A stretch of DNA of 64,000 nt from an uncultured Gammaproteobacteria bacterium. Its GTDB lineage: Bacteria; Patescibacteriota; Microgenomatia; Levybacterales; GWA1-39-11. Location of the stretch: assembly GCA_964511965.1 (NCBI GenBank), contig CAZEGF010000006.1, forward strand, positions 18,015 through 82,014, in the 5' to 3' direction. Position 1 is the first letter of the stretch. The number at the start of each line of letters is the position of its first letter. The notes under the pieces were generated by a model. The model ran no database searches. It was given only the letters and a program-made list of their open reading frames with translations, and was not told the DNA's origin. Shown here in pieces: positions 26,011 to 34,861 of this stretch. Made by a program: the position numbers and the translations under genes.

Positions 26011-27021
26011 ATGCCGGCAATACAAAGAAGCGAGTTCTCACTCGCACTCAACCAAATAGCACAAGAACGAGGTGTTGATCCTGAAATAATTTTAGAGAGT
26101 ATCAAGACCGCAATTTTGGCAGCTTACAAAAAGGACCATGTCCAAGAGACAGTTGATGAAGATGAAGCAGTTGAGGCTGATAAGTATTCTGCAGAGATCA
26201 ATTCAAATACCGGTGAAACTAAAATAATGTACGAAGGGAAAGACGTAACTCCACCGGGATTTGGTCGAATTGCAACCCAAACAGCAAAGCAAGTTCTTCT
26301 ACAAAAAATCCGAGAACGTGAGAAAGATGCCATTATGGCTGAGTACACAAAAAGAATTGGAACAGTAGTAACAGGAAACATTTTAAGATTTGCAGGTAGT
26401 GCGATTATAGTTGATATCGGTAAGGCTGAAGCTTTGATTCCTCCAAATCACAGAATTCAAAACGAAAATTATTATCTCAATAAGAAAATGGCTGTTTATA
26501 TAGTCGAAATCGCTGAGGATGAAAAGCGCGGTCGCGAAATTATCGTTTCAAGAACTCATAACGGACTTTTAGAAGGACTTTTACGCCGGGAAGTTCCTGA
26601 AGTAGCATCAGGAAGTGTAACCATCAAAGAAATTGTCCGAGAACCAGGATCAAGAGCAAAAATTGCAGTTCATTCAGACCAATCTGGTATTGATCCTGTT
26701 GGATCTTGTGTCGGCCAAAAGGGAGTAAGAATACAGGCTGTTATTGATGCAATTGACGGACTTGAAAAAATTGATGTTATCCAATGGAATAGTGATACAT
26801 CAAGATTTATAGCAAATGCTCTTTCTCCGGCAAAAAATCTAACAATTGAACTGAATGAAAAAGAAAAATTAGCAACGGTAAAAGCACCAAAAGAAGAATT
26901 ACCTCTTATTATTGGTAAAGAAGGACAAAATGTAAGACTCGCTTCAAAATTAACAGGTTATAACATCGAAGTTGAAGGAATTGAAGCACCTTTAGAGCCA
27001 GAGCCTGAGGAAAAAGCCTAA
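26011..27021 (+). CDS. nusA: transcription termination/antitermination factor NusA
   Basis: N-terminal NusA domain, an S1 domain and two KH domains (GSCVGQKGVRIQAV). Lies upstream of infB. Confidence 0.9.
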   Translation: MPAIQRSEFSLALNQIAQERGVDPEIILESIKTAILAAYKKDHVQETVDEDEAVEADKYSAEINSNTGETKIMYEGKDVTPPGFGRIATQTAKQVLLQKIREREKDAIMAEYTKRIGTVVTGNILRFAGSAIIVDIGKAEALIPPNHRIQNENYYLNKKMAVYIVEIAEDEKRGREIIVSRTHNGLLEGLLRREVPEVASGSVTIKEIVREPGSRAKIAVHSDQSGIDPVGSCVGQKGVRIQAVIDAIDGLEKIDVIQWNSDTSRFIANALSPAKNLTIELNEKEKLATVKAPKEELPLIIGKEGQNVRLASKLTGYNIEVEGIEAPLEPEPEEKA

Positions 27022-27046
27022 TCATGAGAGTTCTAACGTTAAATAT

Positions 27047-28504
27047 ATGGAAAAACAAGCAGAATCTACAAAAATCTATCCTCCTGTCGTATCAGTTCTA
27101 GGCCACGTTGACCACGGAAAAACTACTTTACTTGACGCTATCCGAAAAAGTAATATCGTGGGTGGAGAAGCCGGTGGCATAACCCAAGCAATTGGAGCTT
27201 CAAAAATAGAGGTTGAACACGAAGGAAAAAAGAGGTTTATAACCTTTATCGATACTCCCGGTCATGAAGCATTTGCCAATATGCGCTCCCATGGTGTCAG
27301 TGCATCTGACATTGTGCTTCTTATTATTGCTTCAGATGATGGCATAAAACCCCAAACAAAGGAATCAATCGAAAAGATTTTAGCTTCAAAATTACCTTTT
27401 ATCGTTGTTTTTACCAAAATTGATGCTGAAGGATCTCAAATTGAAAAAATAAAACAGCAGTTGGCAAACGAAGGAGTACTGCTTGAAGGACTTGGAGGAG
27501 ACGTTCCATTTATTGGAGTTAGTGCAAAAACCGGTGAGAAAATTTCTGATCTTTTGGAGCTTATTGTTATCGTGTATGATTTTTCTGAAATTTCAAAAAC
27601 CGAATCCTCAGACTTTCAAGGGGTTATCATCGAGGCAAAATTAGATAAAAGACGAGGGATATTAGCGTCACTTGTGGTGAAAAATGGACAAGTTGCAGTT
27701 GGCGACAAGGTGTATACGGAGAAAAAAGAAGCCGGGAAGATCCGTGCATTAGTAGACACGACCGGTCAACAAGTAAAAGTAGCGATGCCTGGGGATGCTG
27801 TAGAAGTTCTTGGGTTTACCGAAGTTTTGCCTGCCGGAAGCATAGTTAACACAAAAGCTATCTCATCGGAGCAAAAAGAAAATGTTGATACCACTCACAA
27901 AACTGCTGATTTTTTGGCAATCCTTCAGAATAAGCAAAATGAAAAACTTCCGGTCATTATAAAAACCCAAACAAGCGGTGAATTTGAAGCTATTTTACAA
28001 ACGTTACCAGACGATGTCGAGGTTGTATTTGAGGGTCGTGGTGAGATTTCGGCTTCAGATGTACTTATGGCAAAAGATTTTAAAGCAATTATTGTTGGTT
28101 TTAATGTAACAATTGAGAAGCAAGCAAAAGTTCTTGCCGATTCAAACAAAATATTCTATAGGACATATAACATCATCTATAATCTTCTTGACGAATTGGT
28201 AGATGCAATCGCACTTATTCGTGAACGCCAACAAAGAAAAGTTCTTGGAAAAGCTCAAATTTTGGCTACTTTTGAAGGAAATGAAGGACAGATATTAGGA
28301 GTTAGAATTACCGAAGGAAGGCTCTCAGTTGGTGATAAAATCATTATTTCCCACGCTGAGGAGGAAACTGCCGACAGTAAAATTATTTCATTAAAACAAG
28401 GTAAAAAAGATATAAAAGAGTTAGGGAAAGGCAACGAATGCGGTATTATGATAGATCCTCAAGTTGACTTTACTATAGGTGATATGGTAATATCCTGTTT
28501 GTAA
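27047..28504 (+). CDS. infB: translation initiation factor IF-2 (short form)
   Basis: G1 motif VLGHVDHGKTTLLD, DTPGHEAF and TKID. 485 aa, lacking the long N-terminal extension. Confidence 0.9.
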   Translation: MEKQAESTKIYPPVVSVLGHVDHGKTTLLDAIRKSNIVGGEAGGITQAIGASKIEVEHEGKKRFITFIDTPGHEAFANMRSHGVSASDIVLLIIASDDGIKPQTKESIEKILASKLPFIVVFTKIDAEGSQIEKIKQQLANEGVLLEGLGGDVPFIGVSAKTGEKISDLLELIVIVYDFSEISKTESSDFQGVIIEAKLDKRRGILASLVVKNGQVAVGDKVYTEKKEAGKIRALVDTTGQQVKVAMPGDAVEVLGFTEVLPAGSIVNTKAISSEQKENVDTTHKTADFLAILQNKQNEKLPVIIKTQTSGEFEAILQTLPDDVEVVFEGRGEISASDVLMAKDFKAIIVGFNVTIEKQAKVLADSNKIFYRTYNIIYNLLDELVDAIALIRERQQRKVLGKAQILATFEGNEGQILGVRITEGRLSVGDKIIISHAEEETADSKIISLKQGKKDIKELGKGNECGIMIDPQVDFTIGDMVISCL

Positions 28505-28508
28505 ATAT

Positions 28509-29888
28509 ATGAATCCGACAATTGCGCAGGAAATCAGTCTTTTCAAAGGTTTTTTGGATCAGGCATCTGACCTTGGTATTTTTATTGGTAGTCATCAAAA
28601 TCTTGATACGGTTGCCGCTTCTCTTTCTCTGTATCTTTCACTAACTCAAGCTGGAAAAAAAGTCCAGATAATCTCGAAAAAAGCACCAACTGTTGAAGTT
28701 TCAAATCTAGTAGGTGTAAATAAAATTACTGAAAATTTTACATCAAGTAATTCAAGTAAACTAGTAGTATCACTACCTTATATTAGAGGAGAGGTTGAAA
28801 AAGTTCTTTTTACCGAGTATCCAAATTCAGAAAATCCAACAAATATTAATTTCCATTTGACAGCAGCTCCCGGAAAAAGTATTACACCATTCACAAATTC
28901 TGACGTAAGACTAATCTGGGAAGGTGGAGCTCCAGGCGCTATTATTACTGTTGGCGCAGGATCAATGGATGAGCTTATGGGTGTTGTAGATGCTGCTTCT
29001 GTCAAGATTGTTAATATCGATAATTTTTCAGGCAACTCACGATTTGGTGATGTTGTTCTTGTTGATGAATCATTTTCATCACTTTCTGAGATAGTTGGTA
29101 AAGTTCTTAAAGATCTTTCTCTCCCAATGGATATAGATGTAGCCCAGAATATTTTAGACGGAGTTCTATTTGCAACACGAAATTTTACAAAACCAAATAC
29201 TTCACCACTTGCTTTCGAAGCTGCTTCAAATGCAATGTATCAAGGTGCAAAAAGAAAAGCAGATGACGCTCAACCCCCCTTCGACAGAGCTCAGGGCAAG
29301 CAGGATCAACCAAGACGAGATCAAGGTTTCCAAAACACTCCAAGACCCTTCGACAATGCTCAGGGCAAGCGAGATCAAAACCGTGACCAACGAGGGCAGT
29401 CCTTCGACAGAGCTCAGGATAAACAAAATAGACAACAACCAAGAGTGAACGATGCTGATTTTCCTGCGATGCATATGCAAGGACCAAGAGGATCACAAAA
29501 CCCAACTGATAACAGAAGATTTAATAATCCACAAAGAGGTGGACAATCTGCTCCACAACGTCCACAACAGTCCTTCGACAGAACTTCCTCCAATTCGGCG
29601 GACAGGCAGGGTGGGCAATTTGGACAAGGCCAATCAGCTGTTGATGATATAAGAAACCGGATCAGACAACAACAAGAAGAAAAGTCAGCTGTTTCAAATC
29701 AAATGCCAGTTGATGATGATTTAAATCAACCAATTATGGACGCACAGTTAGTAAATGAACCAACAGTTGCTCCAATTGAAGATGTAACAATGCCAGAAGA
29801 GCAAAATTACAATGAGGCTCCAACAGATGAGATTCCAGATGATTGGTTGATGCCAAAAGTCTTCAAAAGCTCCAAGAACAACAACTAA
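28509..29888 (+). CDS. DHH-like (degenerate) domain protein with a disordered Q/R/D-rich tandem-repeat C-terminal region
   Basis: The N-terminal 250 aa resemble NrnA/DHH-DHHA1 but the DHH residues are replaced (SHQNLDTV). The C-terminal half has (P)FDRAQGKxDQ repeats, encoded by about 60-bp tandem DNA repeats at roughly 29270-29430. Confidence 0.5.
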   Translation: MNPTIAQEISLFKGFLDQASDLGIFIGSHQNLDTVAASLSLYLSLTQAGKKVQIISKKAPTVEVSNLVGVNKITENFTSSNSSKLVVSLPYIRGEVEKVLFTEYPNSENPTNINFHLTAAPGKSITPFTNSDVRLIWEGGAPGAIITVGAGSMDELMGVVDAASVKIVNIDNFSGNSRFGDVVLVDESFSSLSEIVGKVLKDLSLPMDIDVAQNILDGVLFATRNFTKPNTSPLAFEAASNAMYQGAKRKADDAQPPFDRAQGKQDQPRRDQGFQNTPRPFDNAQGKRDQNRDQRGQSFDRAQDKQNRQQPRVNDADFPAMHMQGPRGSQNPTDNRRFNNPQRGGQSAPQRPQQSFDRTSSNSADRQGGQFGQGQSAVDDIRNRIRQQQEEKSAVSNQMPVDDDLNQPIMDAQLVNEPTVAPIEDVTMPEEQNYNEAPTDEIPDDWLMPKVFKSSKNNN

Positions 29889-29947
29889 CCCAGTGTTTAA
29901 GAGTGACTTATTGATTATATAGCCTCAATCTGGTAGAATACATTTCT

Positions 29948-30217
29948 ATGCCATTAACAACAGACGAAAAAACAGTCATTATTAAAGACAACGCCGTCAT
30001 CGACGGAGACACAGGATCACCGGAAGTGCAGATAGCACTTCTTACACATAAGATCACAAAATTGACGGATCATCTAAAAATCCATCAAAAAGATTTCCAC
30101 AGTAGACGTGGACTTCTAAATATGTTATCAAAGAGAAGAAGGCTTTTTAATTTCTTAACAAAAGTTGACAAAGTCCGTGCTGAAGGCATCGGCAAAAAAG
30201 TCGGCCTCGTAAAATAA
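29948..30217 (+). CDS. rpsO: 30S ribosomal protein S15
   Basis: DTGSPEVQIALLT...HSRRGLLNMLSKRRRLFNFL matches S15. Confidence 0.9.
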   Translation: MPLTTDEKTVIIKDNAVIDGDTGSPEVQIALLTHKITKLTDHLKIHQKDFHSRRGLLNMLSKRRRLFNFLTKVDKVRAEGIGKKVGLVK

Positions 30218-30235
30218 GCAAAGCTTGCTTTGCTT
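30216..30235 (+). terminator. perfect 20-bp palindrome AAGCAAAGCTTGCTTTGCTT after rpsO (rpsO terminator or pnp leader hairpin)
   Basis: 8-bp stem with a CTTG loop, overlapping the rpsO stop codon. Position is analogous to the rpsO-pnp intergenic hairpin. Confidence 0.5.
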
Positions 30236-30293
30236 CGCAAAGTAGCACTCACAATTACTTGTTTGTTGTTGGGGGAAGGATAAAAAAATTTAA

Positions 30294-32675
30294 ATGAAAA
30301 AATCTACAAATAAAGTTTCCAAATCTTTTGATTTAAATGGAAAAACAATAACATTTGAAATGGGCGAGCTTGCTCAGCTTGCTACATCTAGTGTTTTGGC
30401 TCGAATGGGTGACACTGTCGTTTTGGCAACAGTTACCATGGGTCGCAATGACACAACTCTTAATTATTTCCCACTTTCGGTGGATTATGTTGAAAGACTA
30501 TATGCCGGAGGAAAGATCAAAGGATCAAGATGGGTTAAAAGAGAAGGAAGACCAACAGATGACGCAGTTTTGACCGGTCGACTTATTGATCGTTCTATCC
30601 GTCCACTATTCCCTAAAGAACTTAAAAAAGACGTTCAAGTAATCGTAAATGTTCTATCAGTTGATGGAGTAAATGACCCAGACATTTTGGCTATCAATGC
30701 AGTTAGCATGGCACTTTCTATCTCAAAGATTCCATGGAATGGACCAGTTGGTGCGATGCGAGCTGGTGTTTTGACTGAAGACAGCACAAATACTCCAGTT
30801 ACAAACCCAGACACTACAAGTCCTCTTTCGCTTGATTTGGTTTTGACAGCAAGTCCTACAGGTCATACTCTTATGGTTGAAGCTGGTGCATCTCAAATTC
30901 CAGAAGATGTTGCATTAAAAGCTGTAACACTCGCCCGTGAATGGGGATCAAAATTAGTTGAATTTATTAAAGAAGTTACAAAAGAAATTGGTGAAGCAAA
31001 AATTGAATTAACAATTGATGAGACAAAGGCTGATTATGTAACGCTAGTCGAAAAATCCTACAAGAAAAATGTAATCGATGTTTTGGAAGGAGAATTAGGT
31101 GAAAATGTGAGTGGAGAGTTGGGTAAAATAGTTGACCTTATAGCAGAGGAAGAAGCCAAAAAGCTTAAAGAAGGGGAGAGTGTAGACAAAAGTAAATTAT
31201 TTGATGCAGTTGACTACGTTTTCAAAAAGATAATCCGGGAAAATATCGTTGAAAAAGACAAAAGATTTGACGGTCGAAAATTGGACGAAGTAAGACCAAT
31301 TACATCCTCTGTCGGATATTTACCACGAGTTCATGGATCGGCTTTATTCTCACGGGGAGAAACCCAAGTTCTTTCAGTAGCAACTCTTGCCTCATCTTCA
31401 TTCAGCCAATTGGTTGAAACTCTTGATGGTGAAGAAACCCAACGATACATGCATCATTATTCATTCCCTCCGTATTCAGTTGGTGAGACTGGAAGAATTG
31501 GAAGCCCAAATAGACGTGAGATCGGTCACGGAGCACTTGCACAACGTGCTTTAGAAGCTGTTTTGCCGCCTCTTGAGACATTCCCATATGCAATTCGAGT
31601 TGTGTCTGAGGTTATGTCTTCGAATGGATCAACTTCTATGGCATCTGCTTGTGGATCTACGCTTGCTCTTATGGATGCAGGTGTACCAATAGTAGCTCCG
31701 GTTGCCGGAATTGCAATTGGACTTATGACTTTGGGTGACAAATATAAAATTCTGACCGACATTATTGGTCTTGAAGATTTTGCTGGGGATATGGACTTTA
31801 AAGTTGCCGGAACGAAAAATGGTATTACTGCAATTCAACTTGACGTTAAGAAAGATGCGTTGACTGACGAAATGGTTTCTGAAGTATTTGAGCGGGCAAA
31901 GAAAGCTCGACTTGAGATATTAACAGTTATGATGAAAGCACTTTCCGAATCAAGAAAAGAAGTCAGTGAATTTGCTCCAAAGATCAAGATGATTAAGATC
32001 GATCCTGAAAAGATCGGTGGACTTATCGGACCCGGAGGCAAGATGATCAAAAGTATTATCGCTTCAACTGGTGCTCAGGTTGATGTAGAAGATGATGGCT
32101 CTGTATCTATTTCAGCAGTTGATGAGGAAGCAGTCCAAAAAGCAGTTGAATGGATTGAGGGACTTACACATGAAGTAAAACCGGGAGAAGAATATGAAGG
32201 AACGGTAAAGCGTATGATGAATTTTGGAGCATTTGTTGAAATTTTACCCGGAAAAGAGGGACTCGTTCATGTATCTGAGATGTCAACAGATTACGTACAA
32301 GACCCAGCAGACGTTGTCCAACTTGATCAAAAAGTAAAGGTAAGAGTAAAAGAGATTGATGAAATGGGAAGAATTAATCTTTCAATGAAATTTGGAGAGG
32401 ACGCTGACAAACCATCAAAAAGACCTGAAGGAGAAGGAAGTGGTGGAGACCGCGGCGGTGATAGAGGACCAAGAGGTGGTGGATCACGTGGTGGATTTGG
32501 CGGAGGACGCGGAGGTTCAGGAGGCGGAGGTTTTCGTAGTGGTGGACCACGACGTGACTTTGGCGGAGGTAGTAGAAGTGGTGGGTCTTCAAGAGGTTTT
32601 GGTGGACGAAGATCAAGTGGAGCAGATAAAAAACCTAGTTATCAAGGCGGACGCCGGGATGATTGGAGAGGTTAG
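30294..32675 (+). CDS. pnp: polyribonucleotide nucleotidyltransferase with a C-terminal RGG/Gly-Arg-rich tail
   Basis: Two RNase PH domains plus KH and S1 (GTVKRMMNFGAFVEILPGKEGLVHVSE). The last 90 aa are GGDRGGDRGPRGGGSRGGFGGGRGG... Confidence 0.95.
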   Translation: MKKSTNKVSKSFDLNGKTITFEMGELAQLATSSVLARMGDTVVLATVTMGRNDTTLNYFPLSVDYVERLYAGGKIKGSRWVKREGRPTDDAVLTGRLIDRSIRPLFPKELKKDVQVIVNVLSVDGVNDPDILAINAVSMALSISKIPWNGPVGAMRAGVLTEDSTNTPVTNPDTTSPLSLDLVLTASPTGHTLMVEAGASQIPEDVALKAVTLAREWGSKLVEFIKEVTKEIGEAKIELTIDETKADYVTLVEKSYKKNVIDVLEGELGENVSGELGKIVDLIAEEEAKKLKEGESVDKSKLFDAVDYVFKKIIRENIVEKDKRFDGRKLDEVRPITSSVGYLPRVHGSALFSRGETQVLSVATLASSSFSQLVETLDGEETQRYMHHYSFPPYSVGETGRIGSPNRREIGHGALAQRALEAVLPPLETFPYAIRVVSEVMSSNGSTSMASACGSTLALMDAGVPIVAPVAGIAIGLMTLGDKYKILTDIIGLEDFAGDMDFKVAGTKNGITAIQLDVKKDALTDEMVSEVFERAKKARLEILTVMMKALSESRKEVSEFAPKIKMIKIDPEKIGGLIGPGGKMIKSIIASTGAQVDVEDDGSVSISAVDEEAVQKAVEWIEGLTHEVKPGEEYEGTVKRMMNFGAFVEILPGKEGLVHVSEMSTDYVQDPADVVQLDQKVKVRVKEIDEMGRINLSMKFGEDADKPSKRPEGEGSGGDRGGDRGPRGGGSRGGFGGGRGGSGGGGFRSGGPRRDFGGGSRSGGSSRGFGGRRSSGADKKPSYQGGRRDDWRG

Positions 32676-32715
32676 TATCAGGAAATAGTGAATAGTAATT
32701 AGTGATTAGTTAATT
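32676..32715. repeat. post-stop AGTGA/TAGT-rich AT-rich element (possible relative of the TGATG family)
   Basis: AGTGAATAGTAATTAGTGATTAGTTAATT immediately after the pnp stop. Confidence 0.3.
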
Positions 32716-32721
32716 CAATTC

Positions 32722-33543
32722 TCAACTCTCAAATATCAAATCTACAGCTTTTTCCATAACCCTGTTAAATTTCTTGTTAAAGTCTTTGATTGTATCCCAG
32801 TATGGTTCGCGTGTTGCCTGATCCATAATAAAACCCCTATTATATTCGATTTGAATCCCAACTACCTTATTTCCAAAATCATTTTTTGGATTTCCAAAAT
32901 TCTGCATGATATACCCTCCTTTATATGAAGTATTTATCTCAACCTCAGTCTTTTTTACTCCAAATTCCTCTACTATAAATGTTTGAATACTTTGTATGAC
33001 TTTAGGTGGGCTTGTGGTAAACCCATTTGCAGGATCCACTTCTCCAGTATGAGGTAATCCAAAGTTGGAGAGTATAAAGCTTGGCATAGTTCTATTTTCA
33101 CCCGGTAATTTTCTATCCCGTTTGCCGGTACGCTGATCAAAATCCCCAGTGTCGTGGTGATCCCACAAAATTACTTTGTCAAAACCTAACTGTTTTGACT
33201 CTTTAATAAGCCTTGATATCTCTTCATAATACGGATCATAATGATTTTCAAAATAAAAAGTCTTTTCTTCATCTGTAAGATGCAGTCCTTCTTTCCAGAT
33301 AGTATTTCCATGAAAGTCTTGATGTTTGAATAGTGAGTGATCTCGTGGTTGGTTGAGACTTCCAAGGCCCCTTGTATATTTTGACTTTAGATTTCCTAAA
33401 GCATGTGGGTGATAAGCAGTATTTCCAGTATATTTGTCGCTAAATTCTCCGATTTGCCACCAGTCCAAAGCAACTCTATGCTCAAGTTCCTCAAAACTTT
33501 CCGAATCATGCGGGGCTGAGGTAATAAGTGGCAATATCATTTC
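32722..33543 (-). CDS. N-formylglutamate amidohydrolase (FGase) family protein
   Basis: LITSAPHDSE, ILWDHHDTGD and HDxxxH-type metal ligands. Start placed at MILPLIT; the upstream part of the ORF-track frame is unlikely to be coding. Confidence 0.5.
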   Translation of the reverse strand, partial: EMILPLITSAPHDSESFEELEHRVALDWWQIGEFSDKYTGNTAYHPHALGNLKSKYTRGLGSLNQPRDHSLFKHQDFHGNTIWKEGLHLTDEEKTFYFENHYDPYYEEISRLIKESKQLGFDKVILWDHHDTGDFDQRTGKRDRKLPGENRTMPSFILSNFGLPHTGEVDPANGFTTSPPKVIQSIQTFIVEEFGVKKTEVEINTSYKGGYIMQNFGNPKNDFGNKVVGIQIEYNRGFIMDQATREPYWDTIKDFNKKFNRVMEKAVDLIFES

Positions 33544-33606
33544 TGTCTTATTATATATCCCCTTAATGCTTAATTCTTGCCCCTTAATTCTTGTTATAAT
33601 GATCTT

Positions 33607-34773
33607 ATGGATTCTGCCCAGGGTGATAGCCCTTCTGATCAAAATGTAGCAAGTAGCACGCAGCAAGTAGCAAGTAGTCAACCCGAACCATCAGTCGAAC
33701 CGGTCGCTGATAATGGAACCCAAATTGCGAAGCTTGAAGGTTTGATAAATAACGCGCGTCTCCCAGAAGATCTCAATCAAGCGGCCCGTGCAATGGTTGC
33801 ACGTCTTAAAATAGTCAAAGATCAACCCTCTTTTTACACGGAATATGACACAATGTCTCGATATATCACATGGATAACAGCCCTTCCTTGGAACAAAATG
33901 TCCCAAGATATTCTCGACCTTGCCCACGCCAAGCAGGTTTTGGACAAAAACCATTTTGGGCTAGAGGTGGTAAAGGAACAAATTTTAGAGTTTTTATCCA
34001 TCATGATTTTGACAAAGCAAAGAGCTGGGCAAGAGGGGTCAGATATCATAGCTCGTGCTCCAATATTGTCTTTAGTTGGTCTTGCCGGTGTTGGAAAAAC
34101 AACAATTGCGTACTCAATTGCTGAGGCCTTGGGGCGAAAAATAGAGCGCATTCCATTTGGAGGAATGGGATCTGCTTCTCAACTTCGTGGCAAGTCGCGA
34201 CTTTATTCAGATAGTGAGCCGGGGTTTGTGATAAAAGCACTACGCCGTGCAGGTACTTCAAATCCGGTTATTTTACTTGACGAAATTGATAGGGTGAGCG
34301 AGGAGGCCCGAAGTGACATCATGGGAGTACTTGTCGAGCTTTTGGATCCACTTCAAAACAAAGCATTTACGGATCATTTTATAGACTATCCGGTAGATCT
34401 TTCCCAAGTCCTTTTTATAGCTACAAGCAACAACACAAAAGACATCTCAACGGCTGTAATTGACCGTCTTGAAATCATTCAAATGCCTTCATATACTGAT
34501 GAGGAAAAAATTGTGATTGGAAAAACTTTTGTTTTGCCACATGTCCTTCACGAATCAGGACTTACGCCAAATGATTTTGCGATAAATGATGATGTATGGC
34601 CGGAGGCAATTGTCAGACCTTTGGGATATGATCCTGGAATTCGTGGTCTTCAACGCGTGATTCAGGGAATCGTGAGAAAAACGGTTTATTACATGATGCT
34701 TGGGAAAATTCCTCGTGGGCAGAAATTTATTGTAACAATGGAGAACATTAAAAGCTTCGTTAGTGCTTGGTGA
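33607..34773 (+). CDS. Lon-like AAA+ ATPase lacking a protease domain
   Basis: Near-colinear with the Lon ATPase module: LPWNKMSQD...HFGLEVVKEQILEFL, Walker A LVGLAGVGKTT, Walker B VILLDEIDR, sensor-1 IATSNN. The ORF ends where the Lon protease domain would begin, and no protease domain lies nearby. An alternative start is at 33577. Confidence 0.75.
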   Translation: MDSAQGDSPSDQNVASSTQQVASSQPEPSVEPVADNGTQIAKLEGLINNARLPEDLNQAARAMVARLKIVKDQPSFYTEYDTMSRYITWITALPWNKMSQDILDLAHAKQVLDKNHFGLEVVKEQILEFLSIMILTKQRAGQEGSDIIARAPILSLVGLAGVGKTTIAYSIAEALGRKIERIPFGGMGSASQLRGKSRLYSDSEPGFVIKALRRAGTSNPVILLDEIDRVSEEARSDIMGVLVELLDPLQNKAFTDHFIDYPVDLSQVLFIATSNNTKDISTAVIDRLEIIQMPSYTDEEKIVIGKTFVLPHVLHESGLTPNDFAINDDVWPEAIVRPLGYDPGIRGLQRVIQGIVRKTVYYMMLGKIPRGQKFIVTMENIKSFVSAW

Positions 34774-34860
34774 TTAATTATTAATGATTGATGACTGATG
34801 GCTAAAAAAAGACTATAATATCAACATATTTTAACCATTAATAATTAGTCATTAACCATT
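34771..34860. repeat. AT-rich imperfect palindromic TGATG-rich element (family member 2), containing a TATAAT
   Basis: TGATTAATTATTAATGATTGATGACTGATGG...gacTATAAT...AACCATTAATAATTAGTCATTAACCATT. The arms share an inverted TAATTATTAATG core. Confidence 0.5.
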
Positions 34861-34861
34861 T

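Noticed and set aside
33434-34261. Overlapping small ORFs on both strands within the FGase-like and Lon-like genes (33434-33649, 33691-33954, 33834-34151, 33870-34124, 34046-34261)
   Set aside because: They overlap well-supported longer genes that carry recognisable motifs. No independent evidence supports them.
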